Below, piece by piece: positions 38,601 to 51,320 of a DNA stretch of 64,000 bases. Where the stretch lies: assembly GCA_903813345.2 (NCBI GenBank), contig CAIIXF020000001.1:19220001-19284000 (forward strand), written 5' to 3'. Made by a program: the position numbers and the translations under genes. Below the pieces are notes generated by a model. It saw only the letters and a list, made by a program, of their open reading frames with translations, searched no databases and had not been told where the DNA came from. Source of the stretch: Owenia fusiformis. Its lineage: Eukaryota. Numbering within the stretch: position 1 is the stretch's first letter; every line of letters starts with the position of its first letter.

Positions 38601-41600
38601 AACCAAATGGAAAGGTCTGTAGTTGAAATCTATACTAATCTCTCCTTGTCTCACATAGCTGTTGACACTTATGTAGCACCCTGTAAATACAAGAACAGCT
38701 GTTTACACTTATGTAGCACTCTGTAATTACAAGAATAGCTGTTTACACTTATGTAGCACTCTGTAATTACAAGAATAGCTGTTTACACTTATATAGCACA
38801 CTGTAATTACAGGAATAGCTGTTTACACTTATGTAGCACACTGTAAATACAAGAATAGCATTTAACACTTATGTAGCACCTTCTAAATAGAAGAATAGCT
38901 TTTTAGACTTATAGCTCAATATACTCTAAAAGGTAGAAAAATCAAAGGTTGTATTCAAAATCAAACATGGCATTAACATACCACCATTTGTTACAGACAC
39001 CAACCACTGATTGACAACCACCGATTGCCAACTGCCGATCACCAACAGCCGTCACAAAAAAATGGAGACCATAACAAGTCACCACTTTGTGGTGGTGACA
39101 TAAAAATGATTATGACCACAAGGAACGATGCCTAAAGTGAGGGTGTATACCAACTGCCTTTGAACCACACTTATACTGTATTGTCAAAGTCAAGAATTAT
39201 TGAACCAAGCACACAGTATAACACTGCTTACGGCTATAACAAGAGTCTATAATTCTGATACTACCCATAAAATGTAACAATCTGAGAAATAGTCAACTTA
39301 CCGTTAAACTTCACATGAGGCTCTTCTATGTACTTTTCTCTCCATGTCTGATATTTTGTACTTAAACTTGATCGCAGACCCCAGACTCTAAAAATTACAT
39401 GATTATCAATTTTAGATTATTTTGTGTCTGTTGTAATAAACATGAATGAGAGATTAAATTTTAAATCCTTCCCGAAACATAAACACAAAATATACACACT
39501 TTGCGCCCATTTCAGTGCTATTCTATTCGTTAGGCATGTTCCTCAGTAATATTTATGTTAATTTTGGCTAAATTGAGGGGGGGGGGGTCTTTTGGTAATG
39601 TTAATTTCCATTTAAATGTTTTCCCGGTTGGATAGGGTTAGTAAATCTAGTTTTGGGGGTAACTTTTAGTTTGATTTCAGTTCAATTTTTTTTTTGGGGG
39701 GGGATACAAATTTTAGTACTAAATATTTTTTGTGGGGATGTTCAGTAATAAGTGTTCACCAAAGTGTTAATTTCAACCTTATTTTTTGGAGTGGGGGCGC
39801 TAATTTTAATACTATTCTAGTTCTATATTTGTTGGGTGTGTCCTTCAGTAACACTTAATCCTACTATCACCCAATTATTTTTTCAAACTTTTACCCTTTT
39901 CTTGATTTTTGTTACTCAAGTTGCCAAAGTCTTTAATGGAAAAGTAATTTGTGAGTTTATTAGAGTATGTGCGTCTATGAGAGAAAATGTGAAGTTTTTA
40001 ACATTTAAATATTGTTTTCACAATTCACAATCATGAACTAATTGACTAAACAGAAGCGATTATGTGCACAATGAAGTCAAAGTGAAGTGTACAATGAAGT
40101 GAAAACATATGAATGTACATGAATGTTTCCCACAAACTATTACATGATCTACATAGTGTACGTATATGTACCTGGTACAAGCCAGTCTCCAGATCTCATC
40201 ATCCCTTGCCAGAACATAGAATCCTCTACAGACCAAAGCGATGTTCTCCAAGGCCTTTAGGTCTAGATGGGAGGACACAACCCACTTGAAGATATAGTTC
40301 AATACCTCAACAGGCAGGGCAGATATGTGAGTATCCTACAAATGACACAAAACCACCTTAATTCATTCTATTCAATCAATTAATCTTAACACCCATAATA
40401 TTACAATATGCTGAACTGTGAGACACAAAGGAGAAGCACTATTCATAAAATATAAATGTGGTATGTTAAAATCTATGATTTTACTGGAATGAGGTGTTTT
40501 GTTTTGGATTTTTAGAAAATAACCATGACAAGAAATAATATGAGTCCTTTAGAAAAAGTTGAGTGCTATCTCAGTAGTCCTTCAACATGAATCTTTCACC
40601 AGCCCGTGTCGAGTAAAAATTCAATGAAGTTGTTTTATCCATCCTCCTAAGCAGGTGTCCAGAATCCGTACCTCCTTCTTCACCCCTGCTATAACCAATT
40701 TGGAAGCGCCCAATTAAACTGAGTCATGTGGTCGAATTATGCACCGATGACATATACTTGATTGCTATTGCAGTGTTGCAATAGCGAATCAAATTACGAG
40801 TTCTTAATCGGGGAAATGCTAACTGCTTTTAGCAGGGTGTAAAAAGAAAGAAGATATTCTGGATTTTGAAGCCCTGTGATAGGAGGATGGTTTTATCCAG
40901 CTCACCTTCTTTTCTAGTTCCTGTTGGCAAACACCATTATGGTTGATCTCAAGCTTAGAGAAGTATGTGAGCAAATCACTAAGGTCTTCTTCATCTTGCT
41001 CAATAGGGGTGATACTATCCAGTGAGCTCTCACTGCCTATACTATCTGAAACACATCAATAGGTTCATATGGAGAATTATGGGTTACATGAGATAAAATT
41101 CTCCAAAATATAAGTCTAAATCCCTGACATTCTTAAAAGAATTTGCATTGATATTCTTCTCATTTACTCTAAGCTTGCTTCTGAGTTCTTCACAGAATTT
41201 TTTCAAATTGCTTAATGAAGGTGCCAAACACAAGTGGATTACACCAATGTCCGACAATTATAAATCATGAAATCCACTTGCGTAATGGTATGCAGAATTA
41301 AAAATTGCAGAAAACCTTTCTCATGTAGAATTTACTATTTTTGCAGACATCTTTTTCAGGTAGATATTGCATTTTTCTATGCAGATAACTTAAATATTGG
41401 AATAAGTAATTACCTCTATGTTGTCTAGTGTTGGAGGGTCTGTAGTCAACAATCCTAGATTCAATGTCTGGTACCAACTGAATGGCCTTCTTGTAATAGG
41501 AGATAGCTGCAACAAAGCATGAAAACTTAATATCTATCCCTAACATGTAAAATGTTAATTAACATTTATGATAAAATGAGTTTATGTAATCATGCTTAAA

Positions 41601-43393
41601 GTCAGTGGTAACTACCCCGCTGACCATGGCTAGAGTTTAAGTGGTACATATTCTTAACTAGTGTTTTCCCCAGGATTTTTTATCTGCTGAGTGCAAAATC
41701 TGAATGTTCAAATTTGGACTGCACATTGGGCTTGTCATGAATATTCCATAGTAACTTGATCATTGTTATTTGGCAATGGAGTGCAGTATTTAATTGGGTT
41801 TGATGCTATTGAGATTATCATCTAACAAGTTCAGAATCAACATAAGCACCAAGAATTTCATTACTATGACTATTATGAATTTCAATATCATGCAATATTG
41901 ATAATTTAAAAATATAAAATAATTTACCATCATACATGAATCCATCTTGTTCAGCGCTTACCCCCTTCAAGAACAGGTCCCTAGCCTGCAAGTTGCAACA
42001 CATTATATTACTACATGTACAGTCAAGATACACCCTCAAACCAAGGGGCTAAAAGTAATAACTGCCCTTTAAATTGGACAAATAAGTTTTGATGCTGATA
42101 AGATAATTTGGTATGGCTACAACAAAGGATTATCTTTTATTCAAGGAGTCTAGATGAAGCCTAAAAGAAGTGAATGCAATTTATTCAAAAGGGTGGCCAA
42201 GATGTTGCACCACAGCATGCAATATATGATATACAGTATATCCATCTCAATAAAGCAAGCTCAGGCCAAAATATTACTCCAAAAGAAGTGATTTGGGAGA
42301 TGCACATTTAAGGGTCACGGTTAAAGCCTATTTCATTTTGTTCCAACATCAATTTCTTGAGGTTTATATAAAGTATGTGCTTTCCAAGCAGGGACATATT
42401 TTAGGTTTTCACATCACACTCCAAAAGTGAAAGTCCCGTTTTGAAGGAATGGGGCCAGGGGTTGTACTTCAGGGTCTCTCAGGAACTAAATATATTTTTA
42501 TATTTATTGGCATGGCCACTGATTATCAATATACCTGGTCTTCCATGTTTTCTTCAACACTTTTTGTGCTTTGCTTGCGTAATCTCCTCTGGTTCTTCTT
42601 GTCCCGTCGCTTGGACTCAAGTTCCTTATTCCACTCCTCTCTGAAGGCATCAAGGTTGTTAGATGCCTGTAACATTACATAACATACATGTATATGGATT
42701 ATAACATGGTAACATGTATATGGATAACATGGTGTAATCATACAGGAATTACAGGTTTATAAAAGACTATAAGACATGCAGAAAGCCTATTTTTGCTCAC
42801 TAAGCTCCTTTTCGATAAATATGATTTGTGTGATAAAAGATGTAACGTTGTACTCATACATTGAACAACTCTGTCAGAAGTAGCAGGAAAATTTTGTGAA
42901 AAAGATCATTTCTTTTACATTTTGCATAAATTCAAAACACAAGCTCTTCTCATTAAAATCCCCTTTTCCCAGTAAAGAATATATTGGTGTAGTTGAAAAA
43001 AGCACCACGATCTTCTCAGGATACATGTAGGTACCTGCCAATATCACTGATTACAATGTTGAAGAGCATTAATAATAGTTAATTTGAAAATGCAGAATTA
43101 AACTTTATGCTAAGGGTTAAGTATATAAAGAGTGTACTGTACCTTATCTGAATCAGAATCTGAGGAGGAGTAATCTTCATCTGAAGCTCCAACAGCTTCT
43201 GCTGAATTCACTTCAGCGGTTTCCTTAAAAAATATATAATTTCCTTTAAATCTTATGGTACATTGCAACAATATATCTCTGTGTAAGTTGGTAAGAAATA
43301 TAGTCAAAGAGAGTTAATTTTTCAATTTCAATTTCATATCGCTTCTAAAATATGCATCATTAAAATTGCCTTTATTATTTCAACTTCGGCCAT
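35607..43393 (-). CDS. FBXO9: F-box only protein 9
   Basis: 13 in-phase exons: 43393-43370, 43223-43143, 42666-42535, 41985-41928, 41506-41414, 41045-40906, 40335-40172, 39387-39302, 38680-38567, 37959-37841, 37434-37318, 36037-35958 and 35721-35607. Motifs: [24 protein letters not shown] (TPR), [24 protein letters not shown] (F-box), [25 protein letters not shown] and FSRVKSYT. Confidence 0.95.
36250..37056 (+). mobile_element. Helentron-associated (HINE / DINE-1-like) non-autonomous element in an FBXO9 intron
   Basis: Subterminal inverted repeats atcccaacgaac (36281) and gttcgttgggat (37043), short hairpins at both ends, a (GGAC/GACT)n microsatellite at about 36935-37015, internal tandem core repeats, and no TSD. 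Confidence 0.8.
38657..38910. repeat. 40-bp minisatellite overlapping the FBXO9 exon 9 acceptor
   Basis: Unit agctgtttacacttatgtagcactctgtaattacaagaat with period 40, about 6 copies. Confidence 0.93.
40640..40889 (-). mobile_element. CATCCTCC-family MITE with an 8-bp TSD (P- or hAT-like)
   Basis: gttttatc|catcctcc...ggaggatg|gttttatc. Confidence 0.88.
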
Positions 43394-43965
43394 TTTGCAC
43401 TTGGAAAAATTGTCTCTTGTTTAACTGTTGTCACTACGGGTGATTATTGTTTGACTTTTTTGTTTTACGTATTTGTTTGTGTTTCCCCTGGCCAGTGATG
43501 GCTGATTCGGGAGACAGTGATAATCAACAGAACCATGGTGGCTCTCGGGTCAAAGCATCTGGTTCCAGGGATAATAGTCTAACCAATGATTTTGTTGACA
43601 GGGGTAATGATGGTTCTCAGGCCAAGGATAGACTTTGTGATTCTCAGATCAATATGAATAATAATACACAGCAATAAAGCTTTTGGGGTAGAGCAATGTC
43701 GGAACGGTCGATTGTCAATCAATGCTCTCTGCGACACCCATGTCGACACAATGCCTCAAGATCGACATTTGGAGCTCACAACATCATAAGTTATTTACCT
43801 ATAATTAGAATCTTTGTCATTGCCTGCAATATGGTATATTTCAGTGAAGTTTAACGCATGTTTTTCGCCCCAAAATAACAACAGAAATCATGGCTTATTT
43901 TATTTTTATGCCTTCTTATTGCTTTTTCGCCAAAGTCTGATATTCAGACATGGTTTACTTGTGAG

Positions 43966-44262
43966 CAGTGGCGTAGCGTCATATACGCATAAAACGCAAT
44001 AGCGTACTCTCAAAGTTTAGAGAAAAGTGAATTTTTGATATTGAAATGACCCACGTTTAATATTCTGAAGTAATGGCCTAACATTTTATTAATCCATATT
44101 ATTTTTTCGTAGTCGGAATTTCGTATTTTAAAACGCCCCAGAACGCTTCAAATGCAATCTATTTTATTTCAAATTTTCTTGGGGAAAGACCCTCCCCCTC
44201 AAAGCTCTTTCGCTTCGCTCACTCGTGGCGTACACTCATAAAATACCCACGCTACGCCACTG
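43966..44262. mobile_element. hAT-like MITE with a 5-bp TSD
   Basis: gtgag|cagtggcgtagcgt ... acgctacgccactg|gtgag. Confidence 0.85.
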
Positions 44263-44799
44263 GTGAGAATGACTACTGTGCATTGTATTGCTAATAACAA
44301 GCCTAGAAACTCTAGACCCGACAATGTCAATGTTGTCGATCGAGAGCTCCGACATGTCAACATCATATAAATATGTTTTTCTTCATAATATGGCACAATT
44401 TCTTTAGATTTCTTATTTTTCAGGTTCAACTGCTTGCCTTTGGAGCAGTGTAACAGCATGAGATCGAAAAATACATTTGTAAATTAGATATAAAAAACTT
44501 AAACATAATGCCCATGTCTATGGTTAACCAAAGACGGTTCCTAACACACTAGAGAAATCCGTGGGTGTGGCATTTAGATTAAAACAGGTGTGATCATTGA
44601 AATTTCATAAGAAGTTTCAAAATGTTTCAAAACAACTTTTTCAAACTATTCAAGCATTCATTCGAAGAAATGTATGTTCACGATAGAAGAATAAGTGGAA
44701 AAATATCATACCATTTTTCCAGAAGAATGTATCTTTGGAAATTTAGACCTCAAAATCACGCCAAGAAAAGCAAATAACAGCAGTGGATAAACTTCTCGC

Positions 44800-44969
44800 T
44801 TTCTGAACTGCTGCCATTTTCCAAATACACCGGATATACGTCACTACGTCAGAACGAGGCTTGTAAAAATTGAAAGAAGAGATCATTTGGATTTCGGATG
44901 TGTCAAAAATGACAAGAAATAGGACTTAACATCCATCAAGTTCATGAAAATCTCAGTTCTCATCAATCT
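44800..44969 (+). other. Probable promoter and non-coding first exon of PI4KB
   Basis: CpG-rich stretch with gccatttt and cgtca motifs, followed by a strong donor |gtaagt at 44970. A matching acceptor precedes 52857. Confidence 0.5.
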
Positions 44970-45273
44970 GTAAGTATTATTTATTTATATAAGTATATAT
45001 TTAAAGAGCATATGTGTTTTGATCGTGTGTTTTTAGCGTTCAAATGTTACTGTTTTTATCTAAAAATTTCAGTTTTGATTTTGAAGTTTGGGTGTCATTT
45101 TAGGGTACATGTGCACTGAATAAGCACTGAATGTCTATAACTTTATTAGTAAATGCAAGGTTTGGCTCCCTGGGACGTGACTCGATTTTCTTCCTTGTAC
45201 GGGTATCACATCGTTATGTTACGAATACAAACTTCGAAATCAATTCTATTCTCCGTGTAGTCGGAGAAATATA

Positions 45274-45532
45274 GGGGGGTGTAACGTCGACGTGTGGGGT
45301 AATGTCGACATAAATGACAGGGTAACTTCAACACTTACTTATTAGGAGTATAATATCCGTTTTCCGCCATGTTTGATTTCTGGAAAAATGAAAATCTCGT
45401 GAGATCTCGATCCATATGAGAAAAAAAACATGGCTTCCCCCTCGATCAGAAATAAGAGCAAATAAACAACAAGGTGTCGAAGTTCCCCCAAATGTCGAAG
45501 TTGCCCCAAAATGGTGTTGACGTTACACCCCT
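45274..45532. mobile_element. MITE with ggggtgtaacgtc TIRs
   Basis: ggggtgtaacgtcgac / gttgacgttacacccc, with subterminal gtcga/ttacccc repeats. Confidence 0.7.
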
Positions 45533-47041
45533 TCGCCCTTCAGGCACAAATAGCAATATTGCATCAAGTTGGAGATTAAACAATATTGAGTTGGAACCCT
45601 GGCTTCCAATCCTCCTTGAGTAAATGTACATGTCAAAATATCACAGGCGTACCCAGGATTTTCTCCAAAGTTGGTACAACTACATCTAGAAAATAAATGA
45701 AAAAAATAAGAATAAAAACAGCCTATCATCATACTTGAACTTGAAGCCTAACTTCTCCACCTCATTCGCCTGATCACACAGTCTACATGTACATAATGTA
45801 CTTCCTTCTCAGCACCATGAACGGAATCCCTGGGGATTAGCCAAAAAAGGGGTGCACCCCCCTGGGTATGTTCATGAATATAGTTGGTTTATTTTAAAAG
45901 TTTAAAAACCATTTAAGAAATATGTACCTTGTTGTGAACATTTGTGACTTGAGCACAGGCAAATTGATACTAGGTATTGTTAAGTATGGCTTTAGAGGCT
46001 TTAGTAAAACTGTTACTCATAGGTATGGAAGGGGAATCTCATGATTCTACATTCAGTAGATGAATGAAAATACTAAACATCAGACCCTCGTCTGATATGT
46101 TTGTCTTAATACATATTTGAAAAGACTACCACTACCTTTGATGTGTATACCTGTATAAGTGTAAAGACACAAGCGTAGATCTTATCAACATCAAATATGT
46201 TACCTGGAATATTTAGAAGGAAGTTTGCAAAAGTAAGTTTGATCAGCCAATGGAGATAATGTGAACGCCATAACCAATACAATTGATGGAATAACCATTT
46301 ATTTAGTAATTTTTGAATTGTTTCAAGATAAGATTTTGATAGTTTGATATATTTTTTGGCATTTTAATCCTAATTTCATAAAGTTATTTTGCAGTCTATC
46401 ATACCATAGGCTCTAGACATAGATTAGAATGCTATATACATTGTACTATTTAGATGAATATAGATTTTTAGCTAAAGAAAGCATATTAAGCTATTTGTTA
46501 TAAGGTTAGTCAGAATTAACATGTAAAGCAAACATACTATATTTGCTTAGTGACATTTGTGAGTCAGAGTTTTGAATTGAGATGAGCATGATATACAAGT
46601 AGAACTGTGAAATTATCCATTGATGTGATTAAGTTCTAGGCCTAAAGAGTAAAGTCCAATAGCCACGATTATTTACGATTTAACCCAGTAATATTAGCAC
46701 TAGACTGTTCTGTAGGGTCAGTTCAAGCTTACTGCTAGATAATTATCATCCCCAGAACGCAGACCTCCAGATATCATTCACTTAGCTCCACTAAGGAGGT
46801 ACGAGTTCTGGAGGTCTGTGTTTGGAGGATGGATAATTGTATTTGCATCATGAATATAGTGAAGTCTTTCTGGAGTGAAGAAGTTTAATTGTCTACCCTG
46901 AAGTCATCTGCTTGAACATACAAGCCTCTGAAATGATTTTATAGTTTTTTGGCTCACCCCTACCACTGATCATTCAGTTTTCAACAAAATACTCATCAAC
47001 TGGTTGGCGGTGTTGAAGATCGGAGTAAATGTGACCACAGC

Positions 47042-48410
47042 CATCCTCCGATCACATGGCTTCAAAATCCAGAATATATTCTTTCTTTTTATCTCCTGCA
47101 GTGCTCTCCCCAGGATTTTTTTGTAGGGAGGATTTTGAAAAAGAAAATTGCAACATTTTGGGATTTTGTTATTCTGAAAGTGCAACATTTTAATATTTTT
47201 TACTCCTAAAGTGCAACATCTGCGGATCTGGGGGGGGGGCTGGCTCGCCCCCCCCTTTGGGTCGTCCCTTGGGTGGTCCCAGAAAAAAAATTGGGCCCAA
47301 AAGGCCCAAAATGTGGGCCTTTTTGAGAATTACTGGGCCTTTTAAAGCCTTGTTTTTTAATATTAGGCCAAATCTTGAAGCAAATGGGCCTTAAATGTTC
47401 AAAACTTGGGCCCACTTTTGGGTTTTAGGGTCCCAAATTTTTTTAAAGTTTGGGCCCCCCCCCCCTGTTTGGGCCGCCCCTGTATACGTATTGATTATGC
47501 CTGTTTATCAAATATTTATGAAAAAAGTAATCAAAGTTTACATTTTTGGTAATAAACTTTTAAAATTTAAATTTGCCGCTTCATCCATTCAGCAAAAAAA
47601 CATATTTTTTGTTGAAATTCAACAGGGCCATTTTAAGTTAATCGGGCGACCAGATTCACTTAAAAAGTACTTACACTCGATTGTGTTGTGCAAGACAACT
47701 TGCCAGCGGTGTGCTTCTGACTTTCTTCTGATAAAATCAAGTAAATATATCGAAATAAGGGGAAAGTTATTTTAAGTCTGGGAGAAAAATAGTGGAGTGA
47801 ATACGAACGGCACAAATTTGCATTCGGTCGTTTGAAATAGCGAACAATTCATTTTCTTCCATGTTAATCTGTCATTGAACCAAATTAATGTGCGTTCGAT
47901 AAAGTTCTGCATATACGAATGACGTGAATTTACGATCGGTCGACTAAAATAGCGAACGTTTGCTTTTCTTCCATGTAAATCTGTAATTGAAGCAAAGGAA
48001 TATGCGTTCGATAAAACACTGCATAAGTGAAAATTTAAAAACAAACAAAACTTCGACTTTTCGGTAAGATTTTGTTATTTCAAATCTTTTGAGGCGGAGA
48101 AACAATGTGTAGGGTTTGTCAGTGGCGCAAGGAATAACCTTGAGGCGCATTTCTTTGATTGCAATTGTTTGGAGGCGCGGCGCCTCAGTAAGTTCAATGT
48201 AGGGAGAGCACAGCTCCTGTGATAAGCAGTTAGCATTTCCCCGATTAAAAACTCGCACTCTGATTGGCTGTCGCAACACTGCGACAGAAATCATGTATAA
48301 GTCATTGCGCATAATTAGATCATGTGATTCAGTTTAATCGGGCGCTTCCAAATTGGTTATAGCAGGGGGAAGAAGGAGGTACGGATTCTGGATACCTGCT
48401 TAGGAGGATG
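47042..48410 (+). mobile_element. Three-layer nest: a CATCCTCC MITE interrupted by a hAT-like element (47099-48213), which contains a GC-rich MITE (47222-47482)
   Basis: The host halves rejoin to match 14111-14355. The insert has TIRs cagtgctctccc / gggagagcacag and a 6-bp TSD ctcctg. Confidence 0.85.
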
Positions 48411-50447
48411 GACCTTAGCATAATGAACATTGATTGGCTAAACAAGTTCTAGAAGTATATCACTCATTTAAAGAGTATGATACATCTTATATTTTATAAA
48501 GTGTATTAAATTAAATGATCTATTGATACAGGAGGTATTGAAATACATGTAACATTAATATCAAATGAAAATCTAATATTAGATTGAAAGTGTTCAGATT
48601 TTTGGAGGTTTGTTCGAGAAAAGTTTCCACATACATCTACATTGTAATCTACATACTGTAACTTATCACTAATATTTCATAACTAATGATTTCCATGAGG
48701 TGAATATTTATACATGATAGAACCTCAGCAAGTACGTCATCAATTGTTTGTTCAGCTTGGTTAAATCTTAGTTTATTGATAGAATATAGAAGAATATAGC
48801 ATAAGTTCTACTTTGAGATTAAATCGATAGACATTGAAGCTGTTATATTCATCCTTACCTTTTTTGATTGTTCTCTTTATTGTCAATTTTCATAAATAAA
48901 GATTATCAATAAAAACTGTAGTTACCTTTAAATATCCTTATTTAAATATGAGTATAAACAACTCTCAAATTTTTCCTCATATTTTTCTTCATTAATTTTT
49001 CCTCATACTAGTACATGTATGTATTTCTTGTTTTTCATGCTTTGATATATACAGTTGATTGGCAATATGGTAATAACTCGGTATGATTTGTAGCATTGAA
49101 GCAGGAAAATTATATATACTGTAATGTACATGTACATAGTCAAACAGGCGAGGCTTGGGAGGCAGCTGTATGTGGTATGTTTCATCTTCAGGTTTTAGCT
49201 ATTTTAGCTACTTTTCACATAGTAATTGCATTGGTAAATTAAAATAATTGGTTTAAAGATGAAGATGGTGAGAGTGAGACAAACAGTTATATAGTGAGTT
49301 ATATAGTGAGCTTAACACTACTTTTGGCCTTTTAGGACTCATATAGAATTAAAAATCAGTGTCAATAGAGGCCTGTAGTCAGGATTTGCCAAGGGGGGTT
49401 CACTTTTTGAAAATTTTCCAGGGGGTTCACTTCTTACAATTTTGGTCCAAAAATGGCCAAAATCACTTAAAATGTGTTCAGAATGATGAAAAACTGCATG
49501 ATTTTGAAAGAAATTTTGGCCGGGGGAGGGGGGGGGGGGCTCGAACCCATCGGTTGATCAGTTGATGTATATATGCATTTGATAATTGATGTGACAATTT
49601 TAGACTATATAGCTGACTTGAAAATCTTGTGGGGTCCATTTGGCTCTCCCACATTTTTGTTTTATTGTCTCTATGCCCTATTTTTTGTTGCATTATGTAT
49701 GAAATGGTGCCCTAAACTTGCTTGAAAGTTTGAGTTTGATAAAAAGGTCCATGCTCTCGTCACCCCCCCCCCCCCCCCCCCCCCCCATTACCAGCGATTA
49801 TAATTGATGCATTTCACTATCGGCAATTACCTGTATTACTGTATAGGCATTCTGTTATGTAAGTAACTACATTACTCAAATATAAGACATAATATGCAAA
49901 ATTTCTGAACACCCTGTATATTTTGACAGATCTGACAACAAGCTTCTTATCAAGTAGAAGTGATACACTTTAACCCTTGAACAGAGAAATCTGTAGATAT
50001 GATATCTCCCTGATCCTTCTTTCAGGCCAGGGAACTTTGGATTCAATTTATCATCATTGTAAAGGGAACTAGTCATTCGAATAATTAGGGAGTAAAATAT
50101 CTGAAAAAATGATTTTATGTGACAGTTATGTTCTTTTGAAGGTTGCTGAACCACAATAAAATAAGACATTTTTACAGCTGTCCGCTCAAGCCCTTTAAAC
50201 TTGGGTACTTGTGTACTTGAGCTTTAATATGGAAATTGGCCAAATGACTAGACTTCAGAAAATGTTTGTTGTATCTATTTACATTAGCATGCACTGTCTA
50301 CATGGAGCTTTAAAACTACAAGGTTATTGTTATTACAACTTATACTTATAACATACTTATTGATGTAATACTTCCTGTAAAGATACATTGCCCATCCTAT
50401 AAACTTATCTGTTTGTTTTTTTAATTCTAATTAATCCAACAACCTAA

Positions 50448-51023
50448 CCCTACTATCACACCAAACTAGTTCTCACTACGTTCTCGAAAACGGGCTTAAA
50501 CTGTGCACGAATGGATTTGACGTACTAAGAACCCACTAAAAACCGTTTGGGATCTGTTAACAAACTTCATGAAACTACTAGAACGAATAGGTCCTCCAGC
50601 ACTTAGAGCATGCTCAACATTTTCTGGTGATCATCAAAACGTTGTGGAATCGGTTTTAAACTGTGTGCGAACTGAATGAACGTCGCTACAACCTTCGACG
50701 GTCTGTTTACGAACTTCATGGACTTTCCCGGACGGGGTATGTGATTTAGAATTTTGAATCGATTCAAAATTCGATGGCGACCATACCGTTCTGTAATCCG
50801 GTCATGATGACCTTCTAGACTAAGGGACGGTTTATACTATGTTGCACACCGACTTGGTGCGACCTGAACGAACTGCGAACGTGATGGACGTATTGAAGAC
50901 TGTTTATGAAGTAGCTAATTATTTTAGACATATATCCCGACCGCAGCCAGATCGAGCCCGTTTTACGACATTTTCGTAGGACTGGCAAGAACGGGTAAGA
51001 ACTAGTTTGGTGTGATAGGGGGG
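50448..51023. mobile_element. PIF/Harbinger-like MITE
   Basis: TAA TSD; TIRs c..ctatcacaccaaactagttct / agaactagtttggtgtgatagggggg. Confidence 0.85.
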
Positions 51024-51123
51024 TAACAAGAAATATCGAAAGAGGTAATTTCAAAGAAAAAATTTGACCTCGATCACTGTATCCTAATCAATGTTTTGAG
51101 TTTTGCTTCAAGGCCTTGTCACT

Positions 51124-51320
51124 CTTTCTACCTAAAACCTGTACCCCAACTCTTCCTACCTAAAACCTGTACCCCAACTCTTCCTACCTAAAACCTGTAC
51201 CCCAACTCTCCCTACCTAAAACCTGTACCCTAACTCTTCCTACCTAATACCTGTACCCAAACTCTTCCTACCTAAAACCTGTACCCCAACTCTTCCTACC
51301 TAAAACCTATACCCCAACTA
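51124..51320. repeat. 28-bp minisatellite, about 7 copies
   Basis: Unit cttcctacctaaaacctgtaccccaact. Confidence 0.95.

Noticed and set aside
27302..43393. Functional cluster of two ubiquitin-ligase adaptors (ASB-like and FBXO9)
   Set aside because: They use different cullin systems and show no shared regulation; proximity is probably chance.
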